DNA of 64,000 nucleotides from Eledone cirrhosa (lineage: Eukaryota): positions 19,220,001-19,284,000 of the forward strand of contig OZ024751.1 in NCBI GenBank assembly GCA_964016885.1, given 5' to 3'. Under the pieces are notes generated by a model. That model did no database searches. It saw nothing but the letters and a program-made list of their open reading frames with translations, and was not told the origin of the DNA. This document shows positions 11,013 through 23,894 of the stretch, one piece after another. Within the stretch, counting starts at the first letter, position 1; each line of letters begins with the position of its first letter. Both the position numbers and the translations under genes were made by a program.

Positions 11013-12222
11013 CGGTGGATTGGCAGTATTGGTAGAGGGTTGGACACCATGCTTCGAAGCATAGAGTTACGTCCCTTTATGATCTAAGCTCAAATCCCGC
11101 CGCGGTTAACTTTGCCTTTCATCCTTACAGGGTCGATAAAATAAAGTACCAGTCACGCACTGGGGTCGATTTAATCGACTTTCCCCTCCCCCAAATTTGC
11201 TGGCCTTGTGCCTATATAAAAAATCATTTCAACATATTACGGTGGATTGGCAGTATCGGTAGAGGGTCGGACGCCATGCTTTCCAGCATAGTTATGTCCC
11301 TTTACAATCTGAGTTCAAATCCCGCCGAGATTGACTTTGCCTTTCATCCTTACGGGGTCGATAAAATAAAGTACCAGTAATGCACTGAGTAATTGCTGGC
11401 CTTGTGCCTGAAGTAGAAACAATTATTTCAACATATTACAGGGTGGAGGATTAGACTAATCGGAAGAGCTTTGGACAACATGCTTTGTGGCATATAGTTA
11501 CGTTCCTTTACGTTTTGAGTTCAAATCCCGACAAAGTTACTTTTGCCTTTATCATGACAGGGTCGATAAAATAGAGTACCAGTAACACACTTGGGTCAAT
11601 TTAACCGATTTTCTCCGCACCTTCAAATTTATGGCCTTGTGCCAAATGTAGAAACAATTATTGTAACATATTACAGGGTGGAGGGTTAGAGTAATCGGTT
11701 GAGCATCGGACAACATGTTTTGTGGTATATAGTTACGTCCCTTTATGATCTGTGTTCAAATCCCACCGTGGTTAGCTTTGCCTTTCATCCTTTGAGGGTC
11801 GATAAAATAAAGTACCAGTCACGCACTGGGGTCGAAGTATCGACTTTCCCCTAACCCCAAATTGTTGGCCTTGTGTCTAAATCGGAAACCTGGCAGTACC
11901 GGTAGAGCGTCAGACACCATGCTTTCCAGCATAGTTACGTCCCTTTACGATCTGAGTTCAAATCCCGCCGAGGTTGACTTTGCCTTTCATCCTTACGGGG
12001 TCGATAAAATAAAGTACCAGTAATGCACTGGGATAATTGCTGGCCTTGTGCCAAAAGTAGAAACAATTATGTAATATATTACAATGCGGTGGATTGGAGA
12101 ATCGATAAACCATCGGACAAATCTCTTTGATGTATTTAGTTGCGACATTCTACATTCTGAGTTCAAACCCCGCTGAGGTCAACTTTACCTTTCATTATTC
12201 CGGGGTCGATAGAATAAAGTAC
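11013..12222 (+). mobile_element. Head-to-tail cluster of 6 tRNA-derived SINEs (Deu/Nin-like central domain)
   Basis: Each unit has an A-box-like TGGCAGTATCGGTAGAG, a B-box GAGTTCAAATCCC, GCCTTTCATCCTTACGGGGTCGATAAAATAAAGTACCAGT and a tail TGGCCTTGTGCC. Starts near 11013, 11241, 11441, 11677, 11891 and 12087. Confidence 0.9.
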
Positions 12223-12541
12223 GAGAAAGAAAGTTATTACTGCTTATTACACTCTTCACAGCTAATGCTACCATCTACAGAATATGTTTGTGTATGGACT
12301 TGAAATTCCTGGTGGAGTCGTAGAAGAGCCGTCGTGACATACACAATGTCTTGGCCATATTGTATGTAGTGGAGTCTATACTCTCCCAAGGCCGGAAGAC
12401 ATCTGGTATTTCCTGGGAAGCTGACAGAGAGAGAGAGCGAGAGAGAGAGAGGGGGGGAACGAGAGAGAGAGATGCAAGAATAGAAAGAAAGAGAGAGAGA
12501 GAGAGAAAGAGAGAGGGTGAGAGAGAGAAAGAGATGGATGA

Positions 12542-12587
<46 letters not shown>

Positions 12588-12901
12588 TGAGAGAGAGAGA
12601 GAGAGCGAGAAATGGAGGAATAGAGAGAAAGAGATGGATGAATAGAGAGAGAGCGAGAGAATGAGAAAGCGAGAGAGTGAGAGAGAGATGAAGGAGTAGA
12701 GGGGGGGGGGGAGAAATGTAGAAGAAGAATCGGTCAGAAGGTAGGACTGATATTTTATTTAACGACTTGAAAAACATATAAAGCAAAACTGACCTCGGTG
12801 GGATTTGAATTCAAAGAGACCAGACATCCACAGTGTATATTGCAAGAGACTCTGCCAATTCACCACACACACACGCACAATCTGTATACATATATATATA
12901 T

Positions 12902-13094
12902 ATAGGAAAAAGTATGACCCCGACGGCAGAGCTCGAGGCGTTTCGACGGCTATTTCTGAACTAATAGCCGTCGAAACGGCTCGAGCTCTGCCGTCGGGGT
13001 TATACTTTTTCCTATTTCCCACTCTACTGCCCTAAGTATTGAGTACTCTGGTGCGTTATGGTCCATCTGGTTCCTTACCACCTGGTTCCTTTGT

Positions 13095-13096
<2 letters not shown>
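12902..13096 (+). mobile_element. Family B fold-back element in (TA)n
   Basis: Palindrome 12902-13015 with an 8-nt loop, followed by the tail ...agtattgagtactctggtgcgttatggtcca.ctggttccttacca...; TA runs on both sides. Confidence 0.85.
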
Positions 13097-13125
<29 letters not shown>

Positions 13126-13352
13126 GGGATAACAAGTTATCGTTATAGGTAATCCAGTTAGAGGTCGTGAATACTCTGTATTGTGGATAGTTTTAGCGTA
13201 CGGCGTTGTTTCACTCAACAAGGGGTTTCCTTAGGTAGCGAGTATATAAGTTCTCGGGAGTTCCTTTGTAAGTTAATCTTGGAGTATATAATACTGTAAA
13301 TAAAACCCTTTTTGTACTGTTGACCATGTTATTCTTCACTCTTTCACTATAT

Positions 13353-13425
<73 letters not shown>

Positions 13426-13428
<3 letters not shown>

Positions 13429-13458
13429 CGAAGGAAATGTGGTAAGGAACCAGGTGAA

Positions 13459-13462
<4 letters not shown>
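13426..13462 (-). mobile_element. Family B terminal fragment
   Basis: aacgaaggaaatgtggtaaggaaccaggtgaaccata between two (TA)n tracts. Confidence 0.75.
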
Positions 13463-13494
<32 letters not shown>

Positions 13495-13497
<3 letters not shown>

Positions 13498-13670
13498 AGT
13501 ATCGAAGTTTGCGTTGAAAAAGTCATAGGAGTGAAGAGTGCTCTATGTAAGTACCAGAGCAAAATTTAATGTATAATAAACAATACAATATAATTACCTC
13601 ATTACCAGAGGTTTCCCGAATAAGACGAATACGAAAAACGTCCTCATTCGTTCGTCGGACAAGGCAATTT
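13495..13670 (-). mobile_element. Family C element, diverged single-arm copy
   Basis: aaaagtc...aagagtgctctatgta.gta.cag.gc...taataaacaa...ttaccag.ggtttc is shared with 26720-26835. Confidence 0.7.
13597..13664 (-). ncRNA. Degenerate hammerhead (core CCGACGA)
   Basis: Minus strand reads CCTTGT-CCGACGA-ACGAATGAGGACG...CGTCTTATTCGG-GAAA-CCTCTGG-TA-ATGAGG. All three stems can form but the core is mutated. Confidence 0.55.
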
Positions 13671-14086
13671 AAAACATAGTGAAATATTTGAAAAGTCTCA
13701 TCAAGTAATGCAAAAAATATATAAATAAAAGTAATGTAAGAGATATATAAAAAAAAATATATAAAAAAAAAAATATATATATATATATATAACATAGTAT
13801 TAATACTATACACTATAGTACATAGTAGTATTGCATCATACAACATACTGTTACTGCTAAACATTACGTAACACGAAGTTGTTGTACACTGCATTATTAC
13901 ATGGAGAAATTTCCACACACTACATCACACGTGTGCGTGTGTATATATATATATAAATATATATATATAAATATACACATTCATATATGTATACATATAT
14001 GAATATATTTATATATGTATGTATATATATATATGAGGTGTGTGTATATATATATATATATATACATTCATATATGTATACATATA

Positions 14087-14149
<63 letters not shown>

Positions 14150-14190
14150 TTATGTATATGTGTGTGTGTGTGTGTATATATATATGTATG

Positions 14191-14270
<80 letters not shown>

Positions 14271-14559
14271 CAATTTGTGAAAACTTTTCCCTATAGAATA
14301 CTCGTCGGTGGAAAATAAAATAAAATAAAATAATATTTAAAATTTAAAAAAAAACAAAAAGACTTATGACATGGAATCAATTTTTATAACTGAAACATAA
14401 TGTAAAGTTGAAGATTCAATTATCTCAGCTAGATAACATTGACACTGGCGGTTAAAACATATTTAATCTGTGAAAAGGGGGAAAAAATTACACCGAGGAA
14501 GCGAAACCATTATATAATTCTTTTCTATTAATTCAGTTTGTTAACAATCATGTAGTCCT

Positions 14560-15520
14560 AACGTACGTGGTGCTGAATAAATCTCTCAGGTGGTAGAAAA
14601 ATTTGTTGAAAATAGCAGCAACTAAATCTGCCTCAAATTATTACCTACCCACTTTATAAATTAACGGACATATTGAATCTATATTTAATCCTATTTGGTA
14701 CTACATACACGTATACTACATATACTAGGGTCATGCTGAGACTGTCCTGCAGGGAACCGTACAAAGAAGGAGGAAGAAAGTCAGATAGAGAAAGAGATGT
14801 GAGGACAACATCCCGAAATGGACAGGCATAAGGCTTGGTGCAACCATGAGGAAGATGGATAGGCGAGAGGAATGGCAGGAGTTGGTTGCTAGGTCATCTG
14901 TGGCGTCCCAAAGATCTACCAGACTGAGGGACAGATGAGATAAGATACTATAATAGTGTTACTAAATTTTCTAAAAGTATCAAATAAATACGTCTCAAAT
15001 TATACCCTTCCCACTTTAGAAAAAGTAGGATATAGGGGATCCATATTAGTCCTAGATATATTATGCTATAGTCGCTAAATCTTCTTAAAAACAGCAACTA
15101 AATATGCCTCAAATCATGTCCCAGCTTATTTTAAAAATTAAGCTATATTGAATGCATATTTGATCTTACGTCTTTTAAGTTTGAAAAGAAGATGGGGGTG
15201 TCATGGCTGAAGTGCCACTGATAATATGTCTCCTAAATCAGCATTGACTAGGTGCTAAATACCAACAACACTTTTACCACAAAGAGACAAACCAACAGTG
15301 AAAAAATATATGAGGTAAATCAACATGCTAAAGAGAACAGTCACATATCTTTCAAATCATTCTTCCTCTATAATTTAGCAAAGAGCTACAACTTAGATAA
15401 TGTATGTATAGAAACATTTTGCTTATTGAGAAAATTGTATAATCATGGCTGAAACGCCTTCGACCATAGACCTTCTACCACAGCGCTGAATTAGCAGCTA
15501 AACGACAACCAACGAATTGA
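14560..15520 (+). repeat. Several decayed fragments of an interspersed repeat
   Basis: cagcaactaaat.tgcctcaaat at ~14616 and 15092, a related motif at 14985, and tcatggctgaa at 15201 and 15443. Confidence 0.5.
14729..14947 (+). mobile_element. RTE-clade LINE 3' end fragment
   Basis: Translates AETVLQGTVQRRRKKVR*RKRCEDNIPKWTG...DRREEWQELVARSSVASQRSTRLRDR*, resembling the RTE ORF C-terminus; short GATAA tail. Confidence 0.8.
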
Positions 15521-15620
15521 AAAATGAAACGATGCCAACCATAGACCATATTCTAATAAAAACATTAGAACAACAATCACCACACCACCAATACAACAAC
15601 TACCAGGAACACCATCACAC

Positions 15621-15801
15621 TGCCAATCGGTAGAGGGTCGGACGTCATGCTTTGCAGCAAAGATTTACGTCCCTTTACGGTCTGAGTTCAAATCCCGTCG
15701 AGGTTAACTTTGCATTTCATCCTTACGGGGTCGATAAAATAAAGTACCAGTAATATACTGGGTATTTGCTGGCCTTGTGCGAAACAGTAGAAACAAATAT
15801 T
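15621..15801 (+). mobile_element. tRNA-derived SINE (same family as the 11013 cluster)
   Basis: B-box, central domain and TGGCCTTGTGC tail present. Confidence 0.9.
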
Positions 15802-15921
15802 ACAACACCACCACATCACCAACAACACTACATCACCAACACCAACACCACTAACAACAATAACAACAACACGACCATCATCACTATGACAGACACTACT
15901 GCTTCAACTGTACTTACACGC

Positions 15922-15966
15922 TCTTTCTCTCTCTCTCTCTCTCTTTCTCCCTCTCTCTCTCTCTCC

Positions 15967-16002
<36 letters not shown>

Positions 16003-16013
16003 TTCTCTCTTTG

Positions 16014-16063
<50 letters not shown>

Positions 16064-16065
16064 CC

Positions 16066-16099
<34 letters not shown>

Positions 16100-16108
16100 T
16101 TCTCTCTT

Positions 16109-16148
<40 letters not shown>

Positions 16149-16200
16149 TCTCTCTCTCTCTTTATCCCTTTATCCCTCTCTCTCTCTCTCTCTCTCTCTC
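15922..16200. repeat. (CT)n microsatellite
   Basis: Directly visible. Confidence 0.97.
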
Positions 16201-16689
16201 CAAGCTAGCTTCCAATCGAGCTTCACCAACCTACCCACACATTCGCACTCACTAACCTACCCACGCACATACACTCACAACGCCCCCCCCCACCCCCACC
16301 CAACCACCTACACTCGCTAACCTACCCAACCACAATCACTTACCAGCTTCCCCCACCAGTAGCCACACTCACCAAGCCTCCAACCCACCAATTTACTCAC
16401 CAACATCATTCACGTTAAAAAACGCGGGAAACTTTTATGTAAAAGAGATTTATATCGCTGGAGTTTTTATTGTCGGTCGTCTTAACGAGTGTCCTGGGAT
16501 ATCCCCGCGGTAATCTCGTCCATTGAACTATCACTGCCACTATCTATACTACCACTACTAGCATCGCCGCCACCACCATTATCATCACCACCACCACCAC
16601 CACCATCATTATTACCAACACCATCTCCACTGCCCCTACTACCGCCTTAAAAACACTACAGTCACCACCATTACCACCACCATCTCCAC

Positions 16690-17200
16690 GTTCACTACTA
16701 CTACTACTACTACTACTACCACAAACACCACCACCACCACCATCATCAGCTACCCGATCACTACTACTACTACTACCAGAAACACCACCACCGCCACCAT
16801 CTACCCGATCACTACTACTACTACTACCACAAACACCACCACCACCATTATCAGCTACCCGATCACTACTACTACTACTACCAGAAACACCACCACCGCC
16901 ACCATCTACCCGATCACTACTACTACTACTACCACAAACACCACCACCACCACCATCAGCTACCCGATCACTACTACTACTACTACCACAAACAACACCA
17001 CCACCATCACCTACCCGATCACTACTACTACTACCACAAACAACACCACCACCATCTACCCGATCACTACTACTACTACCACAAACACCACCACCACCAT
17101 TATCTACTACCCGATCACTACTACTACTACTACAAACAACACCACCACCATCACCTACCCGATCACTACTACTACCACAAACAACACCACCACTACCATC
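16690..17200. repeat. ~40-bp minisatellite with core CTACCCGATCACT between (ACT)n/(ACC)n runs
   Basis: Core recurs about 9 times. Confidence 0.9.
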
Positions 17201-17229
17201 ACCACCATTCTTATACTAACAATAACAAT

Positions 17230-18034
17230 AACATCACCACAGCCACCACCACTACCACAACCACTACCACAACCACTACCACAACCACTACCCCTATCAA
17301 ATAAAGCTCTACCTACACCACTTCCAACACCTCCACCACTACTACTATAAGCCCCCACTATTGCTGCACCTCACCACCAGGACCAATATCGTCACCACAG
17401 CCACCACCACTACCATCACCACAGCCACCACCACCACTATCACCATCACCACCACTATCACTACCACTACCACCACCACCACCACCAGCACTACCTCCAC
17501 CATCACCCCAACCACCAACACCACCACTATCACCACCACCACCACTACCACCACCACCAACACTACCTCCACCATCACCACAGCCACCACCACCACCACC
17601 ACTATCACCACAGCCACCACCACCACTATCACCACAACCACCACCACCACCACTATTATCACCAGAGCCATCACCAGCACCACTATCACCAGCAGCACCA
17701 CCACCATCACCACTATCACTATCACATAATGCTGTCCCTACCACCGCTCCCATTAATGCTGATAGTAACAACATCGTCTCGTCTAATGCTAGCACAACCC
17801 CCCCCCCTCCTCCCTCTATGTTTCACTGCCACCACCACCACCACCTCTACACCCCACCACCACCACTTCCTTATTACAACTTAACACTATCATTAATATC
17901 ACATAAAACTACTACTACTCCTGCTAATACTAACAACAGCAGCAGCATTTCCATCTGCATCACAGCAGACATTTCCTTACCACCACCACCACTACCACCA
18001 CCACCACCACTACAAGTACTACTACTGCTACTGC

Positions 18035-18073
<39 letters not shown>

Positions 18074-18114
18074 CACCACCACCACCACTACAAGTACTAC
18101 TACTACTGCTACTG

Positions 18115-18160
<46 letters not shown>

Positions 18161-18330
18161 CACTACCACCACCACCACCACTACAAGTACTACTACTACT
18201 ACTGCTACTGCTACTACTACTACTACTACTACTAACACCACCAGCACCACCGCCACCACAGCTACCGCGTTTGCTGCTGCTGCTGCTACAACTACTGCTA
18301 CTACTGATGTTGCTATTACTCCTACTACAC
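17230..18330. repeat. (ACC/ACT)n trinucleotide-derived low-complexity region
   Basis: Directly visible. Confidence 0.9.
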
Positions 18331-18554
18331 CCACGAGGAAGCCTTTATATGGTCAAAATTATGCATATATAGATATATACATACATATATGCATACATAT
18401 ATACATACACACATACATACGTACACACATACTTATACACACATATACACGCATACATACATATGTACATACATATATACGTACACACATACATACACGT
18501 AGATGGATTGGTCATGGCTAGAATATCTTTGATAGTAGCTGTAAAGTAAAAGAC

Positions 18555-18753
18555 TCCTCCCTGGACAGGACGCCAGTCCATCGCAGGGTTAAACTCCTTG
18601 CTATTGCTCAAATTATTTTCAGCTGAATACACTGAAGCGCTGTGAAATGAAGTATTTTGCTCAAGAACACAAAACACAACCCAGTTCAGAGATCGAACTC
18701 ACGACATTATAAACGTAATTCCATCACACTTACCACTAGACCACGCGCCTCCA
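18555..18753 (-). mobile_element. tRNA-derived CORE-type SINE
   Basis: Minus strand has GGCGCGTGGTCTAGTGGTAAG (A box), GAGTTCGATCTC (B box), TGTGTTCTTGAGCAAAATACTT (CORE-like) and CCTGCGATGGACTGGCGTCCTGTCCAGGG. Confidence 0.8.
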
Positions 18754-19094
18754 CTCGCGATGATATAGAACAAAAAAGTTCAAAGGATTTTAGGGCAATG
18801 CCGGACGTTACCCCCATCATACCAACACACACACATACACACAGGGGCATTCATTTCCACAATAACTACTATACACACAATATCACCAACACTACCAGTA
18901 TCACCACCTCCTATATTAATGACAATTTCACAGCAGATCGTCAGATGTACAACAACGTTTAAACACTGTATCACCCTCCACATATACTCACTCCTACATA
19001 ATAGTAATATTAACAACGTTTCTTTACAGACAGACAATTGCACCTATATTGACAGAAAATATATCACAACAAATACACCAATAAAGATACTGCA

Positions 19095-19322
19095 CACCCC
19101 ACACCAACCAAGAGACGGCACACCCCACACCATCGAAGAGACGGCACATCCCACACCATCGAAGAGACGGCACATCCTCCCACACCATCCAAGAGAGGGC
19201 AATCCCCACACTATCTAAGAGACGGCACATCCCACACCATCCAAGAGACGGCAAGCCCCACACCATCCAAGAGACGGCAAGCCCCACACTATCCAAGAGA
19301 CGGCAAGCTCCACACCATCCTA
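19095..19322. repeat. ~23-26 bp minisatellite (cccacaccatccaagagacggca), ~9 copies
   Basis: Directly visible. Confidence 0.92.
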
Positions 19323-19665
19323 TTGACTGCTTACCCTACACCAAACAAATAACATAAAATACACAAAACATGCAGATGTTTGCAATATATTATCTTAACA
19401 ACCATTTCACCACATCTGAATCAAACAAACAAATAACACATCCTAAGCAATTAAGACTTGGTGTTTATTTGGAAATAGATTGCTATATTTCTGGGTCTAT
19501 ATGAGCATTTCACTGTACACACATAAACATACAGACATACACACACATACATACACACTCACAAACACGAGCACAAGCGGACACACATATATACACAGAT
19601 ATCCATATATACAAACGCATACGTATATATATATTATATATAGAGTATATTATTTGATTATCTTC

Positions 19666-19767
<102 letters not shown>

Positions 19768-19786
19768 TATTATTTGCTTATCTTCG

Positions 19787-19848
<62 letters not shown>

Positions 19849-19934
19849 TGTGAGGCTGCGAGGCTATATATATATTTCTTTACATGAACATTTCGTATAT
19901 GATTCAATATACAGCCCCATTTACATACACACAC

Positions 19935-19989
<55 letters not shown>

Positions 19990-20249
19990 ACAGCAGCCGT
20001 CACGCATAATCGAGCATGTAGCATGCTTTCGCTAAGGGTGTTAGGTGCCCATGCACCCGCGAGCATACACGGATATTATCTCAATTCTCCTTCCCTTAAT
20101 CCTACGGAACATCCAGGGTGTGGCAGAGGAAAGGAAAGGAAAGGAGACTTGTATTTTCTTTATCCACCCAGAAAGCTGGCTGCGACGAGATTTGAACTTA
20201 GAATGCAGAGACCTGGAATAAATATCCAACATTCTGACTCTACGAAATC

Positions 20250-20396
20250 AAAGAGTCAGGACACCGACGGCTGAGCTCCGACCGTTTCGACAGCTAGATC
20301 CAAACTCAGGGTCCTGACTTTTTCCTATTACCCATTCTACTACCCTAAGTTTCTGGTGCGTTATGGTCCACCTGGTTTATTACCATATTTTCTTTG

Positions 20397-20400
<4 letters not shown>
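20250..20400 (+). mobile_element. Family B copy with partially deleted palindrome
   Basis: Left arm gacaccgacggctgagctc..ccgtttcgacagcta is present; the right arm is reduced to gggtcctgactttt; family B tail follows, then (TA)n. Confidence 0.75.
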
Positions 20401-20440
<40 letters not shown>

Positions 20441-20447
20441 AAAATAT

Positions 20448-20636
20448 AATTGTTTCTACTTTTGGCACAAGGCCAGCAATTACCCAGTACACTACTGGTA
20501 CTTTATTTTATCGACCCCGTAAGGATGAAAGGCAAAGTTAACATCGGCGGGATTTGAACTCAGAATGGCAAGGGCCGTAACTCTATGCATCAAAGCATGG
20601 CGTCCAACCCTCTATCGATACTGCCAATTCACCGCC
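20448..20636 (-). mobile_element. tRNA-derived SINE, near full length
   Basis: Reverse complement of the 11013 family. Confidence 0.9.
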
Positions 20637-21089
20637 CTTATATAAAGAAAATATAATAAGGGTTTAGATCGATATACAATGATTTCGATCTCGTTACTTA
20701 TTTGCTCAACAAATCGATTTGGAGCACCCGCATAGGATCAATTGTACGATGATGAAGATATACTGAAATTACCTGACAAACTGCCACGGATCGTTCATGC
20801 GGATAGCCATCTTCATTTCGATGGACGTAAAGAAGGAGGTGTTTCGAAAACTAAGAACGCTAAATGTATCCACTGCTGTGGTTTCGACCAGAAATCTTTC
20901 AGAAAAAAGTGGGTATTTTGTCTGCTATATTTGTCTCTGATCTTTAGATAGAGTTTCTTTTGGAATGTCCTAATGCCGATTAGTTTTGCAGGCTTTTAGA
21001 TTGGAGTGACTATTTCTTTAGCATATGGGCTTCCATAACTTGCAATATTAAGAAGTTTGGTGGCAGTTCAAATCAAGACAACGTCAACG

Positions 21090-21375
21090 AATTGGCAAAG
21101 CCATTAGAGGTATCGGATTAAAAATGGCTCAGTCTTTTTTCGGCTCTTTGCGCACTGAGTTCAAATAGCGCTGTGGTCAACTTTACCTATCATCCTTTCT
21201 AGCTCGATAAATTAACTAAGCAACCAGTCTGTGTCATTGTGTCATTGTTTGGAAGAAATAAGTTCAGTTCCAGCTATCTGGGCTCTGAGTTCAAATCTCA
21301 ATGTGGTCAACTCAACTCTGCCTTCTATCCTTTCGAGGTGACAATCAATAAACAGTCCAAGAACGGTGGATTGGC
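21090..21375 (+). mobile_element. Two decayed SINE heads
   Basis: ctgagttcaaat...gtggtcaact...atcctttc at ~21155 and ~21285. Confidence 0.6.
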
Positions 21376-21504
21376 AAATATGTTTGAAAATGGATCACTA
21401 TGTAGATTAAGTTAAACCCAACTCACGAAAGGATTTCAGTGTCTCAACATACTTTTCTTTTATTTAGAGTAATTTGAACATTTAAGGGGTTAAATTTGAA
21501 AATA

Positions 21505-21660
21505 TTGATCCATGAGCTTGGCTGGTCACGCTTGGAGATCCAGTTGGATAAGTTGGAGACGGTTGCTTCAGACAGGACCCGCTGGAAGGAGTGTTTGAGG
21601 ACTCTGTCTCCCCCCCCCCCCCCCCATGACCCTCTCAGAAATAAGTGGGCTAAAAAGAAG
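21505..21660 (+). mobile_element. RTE-like LINE extreme 3' fragment
   Basis: ...LDKLETVASDRTRWKECLRTL resembles the A.DR..W motif that ends RTE ORFs. Confidence 0.55.
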
Positions 21661-21665
21661 TATAA

Positions 21666-21708
<43 letters not shown>

Positions 21709-21745
21709 TTTATATATATATATATTCATATATATGTATTTTTGT

Positions 21746-21777
<32 letters not shown>

Positions 21778-21839
21778 AAGAAGAAGAAGAAGAAGAAGAA
21801 GAAGAAGAAATCCAGATCCGGGTTTTAATTATTACATTT

Positions 21840-22245
21840 ATACCAAGGCAACTTTTGGTACACATTACTTTTGGCACACACAACTCCTGTCTCACCTCTC
21901 CGACACATGTTATTGTGAATCTGGCAGCATCTATATTCCAACTTCTTTACACATTGCAGTTGATCATCGCTGTTATCATATCAAAGAAGTGGGTATAACA
22001 ATTTTTGAGATGTTGAGGCAGAGGCATGTTATACAAAGAATAAGGAATCTCTGATTTAGAGGGACAGATGAAACATTTCGTGGTGGATTTTCTGACTCTA
22101 GCTGCTAGGAGGAGGATAACATTGTAAAACAGTGATAAACGCCATTATTGTTTCTACAGTTCTTTATATATACATACAAAGAACAAAGAGAATGTCTGCA
22201 ATGAACCCTGTTTCTCTTTGGACACCAGCAACACTAGATGAACTG
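21840..22245 (-). pseudogene. Decayed RTE-like reverse transcriptase fragment
   Basis: Minus-strand peptides IADILFVLCMYIKNCRNNNGVYHCFT (compare T.D.IF.LR...EKCRE....LY.CFID) and VRQELC (compare GVRQGC). Confidence 0.55.
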
Positions 22246-22422
22246 ATTCATATATCTATATAAATATGAATACATTTATGTAAATATATGTGTGCGTATA
22301 TATAAATATGTATATACATATACATATATATAGAGAGAGAACCATATACGTATACATACATATATATATATATATATAAAACCGTTTATGTATACGTACA
22401 TATATATATAGAACTATATATG

Positions 22423-22466
<44 letters not shown>

Positions 22467-22659
22467 CATATATGTATACATATGTATATATATATATATA
22501 TATATAAATATGTATATACATATACACATATATACAGAGAGAGAACCATATACGTATACATACATATATATATATATAAAACCGTATATGTATACGTACA
22601 TATATATATAGAACTATATATGTATATATATATATATATATAGAACCATATATGTATAC

Positions 22660-22730
<71 letters not shown>

Positions 22731-23051
22731 AACATATATACATCCATACAAACATACATACCTAGACAAATAGATCGATAGATATAACCATATAAATGTA
22801 TGTATATGTGTGTGTGTGTGCGTCTGTGTGTCTGTGTGTTTGTGTGAGTGTATGATTGTATGTGTATGCGTGTGTGCATTTTTGTGTGTGTGTGTGTATG
22901 TGGTATGTGTGTGTAGTTGTGTGTGGAAACATAAACAAAACAAAGACAACATCACCAATTTTTCCCTACCTCTGTTCCTCTTTGCATGAATGAGTCTGGG
23001 CATATGTTATCACATTGTAAACTTGACATTGTCATCACAACATAAAGCAGC

Positions 23052-23082
<31 letters not shown>

Positions 23083-23456
23083 GCAACAACAACGGCAACA
23101 GTAACAACAACGAGAACAACAACAAATGACATGTGCGCACCAGTGCGCGCTCGAACGCGTGGACATGATTGTCTGCCCGTGTGCAAACTCGTGTGTGTGT
23201 GTTTGTGACATTGTATATGCACGCGTGTGAGTGTGTGTGTGTGTTGTGTGTGTTTTGTTGATTTCTCTGTCAGTTCCTGTGATCCTACACACACACACAC
23301 ACACACACATACAGACACACTTACATACACCCACCCACGCATACATAATACATACATGTAAGCATACATACGTACATATATACACACATATAATATACAA
23401 GTATGTATGCGTGTCTATATTTTTATGAATATCTTCATGAATATCGTTATGTATAC

Positions 23457-23502
<46 letters not shown>

Positions 23503-23516
23503 GTATACACACACAC

Positions 23517-23553
<37 letters not shown>

Positions 23554-23608
23554 TATATATATATATATATATATGCATATATATATATTTATATTTATAT
23601 TTATATAT

Positions 23609-23727
<119 letters not shown>

Positions 23728-23894
23728 TGTGTGTGTATATGTACATATATGTACATAAATATGTATGTATATCGATATTTTATGAGATTTCAAATCACAC
23801 ACTCCCAGGTTTAGAGACGTACGCCACTGTTATACAAACTGGTATATTACCCGTTTGTATTGAATCAATATATGATGAGTAATAATAAGGCTTT

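Noticed and set aside
11013-12222. tRNA genes suggested by A/B boxes
   Set aside because: No cloverleaf is evident and the boxes continue into SINE bodies.
12902-13015. Palindromes as rho-independent terminators or classical MITEs
   Set aside because: Not prokaryotic. The elements are asymmetric (unique tail on one side) with copy-specific axes, unlike terminal inverted repeats, although a MITE origin is not formally excluded.
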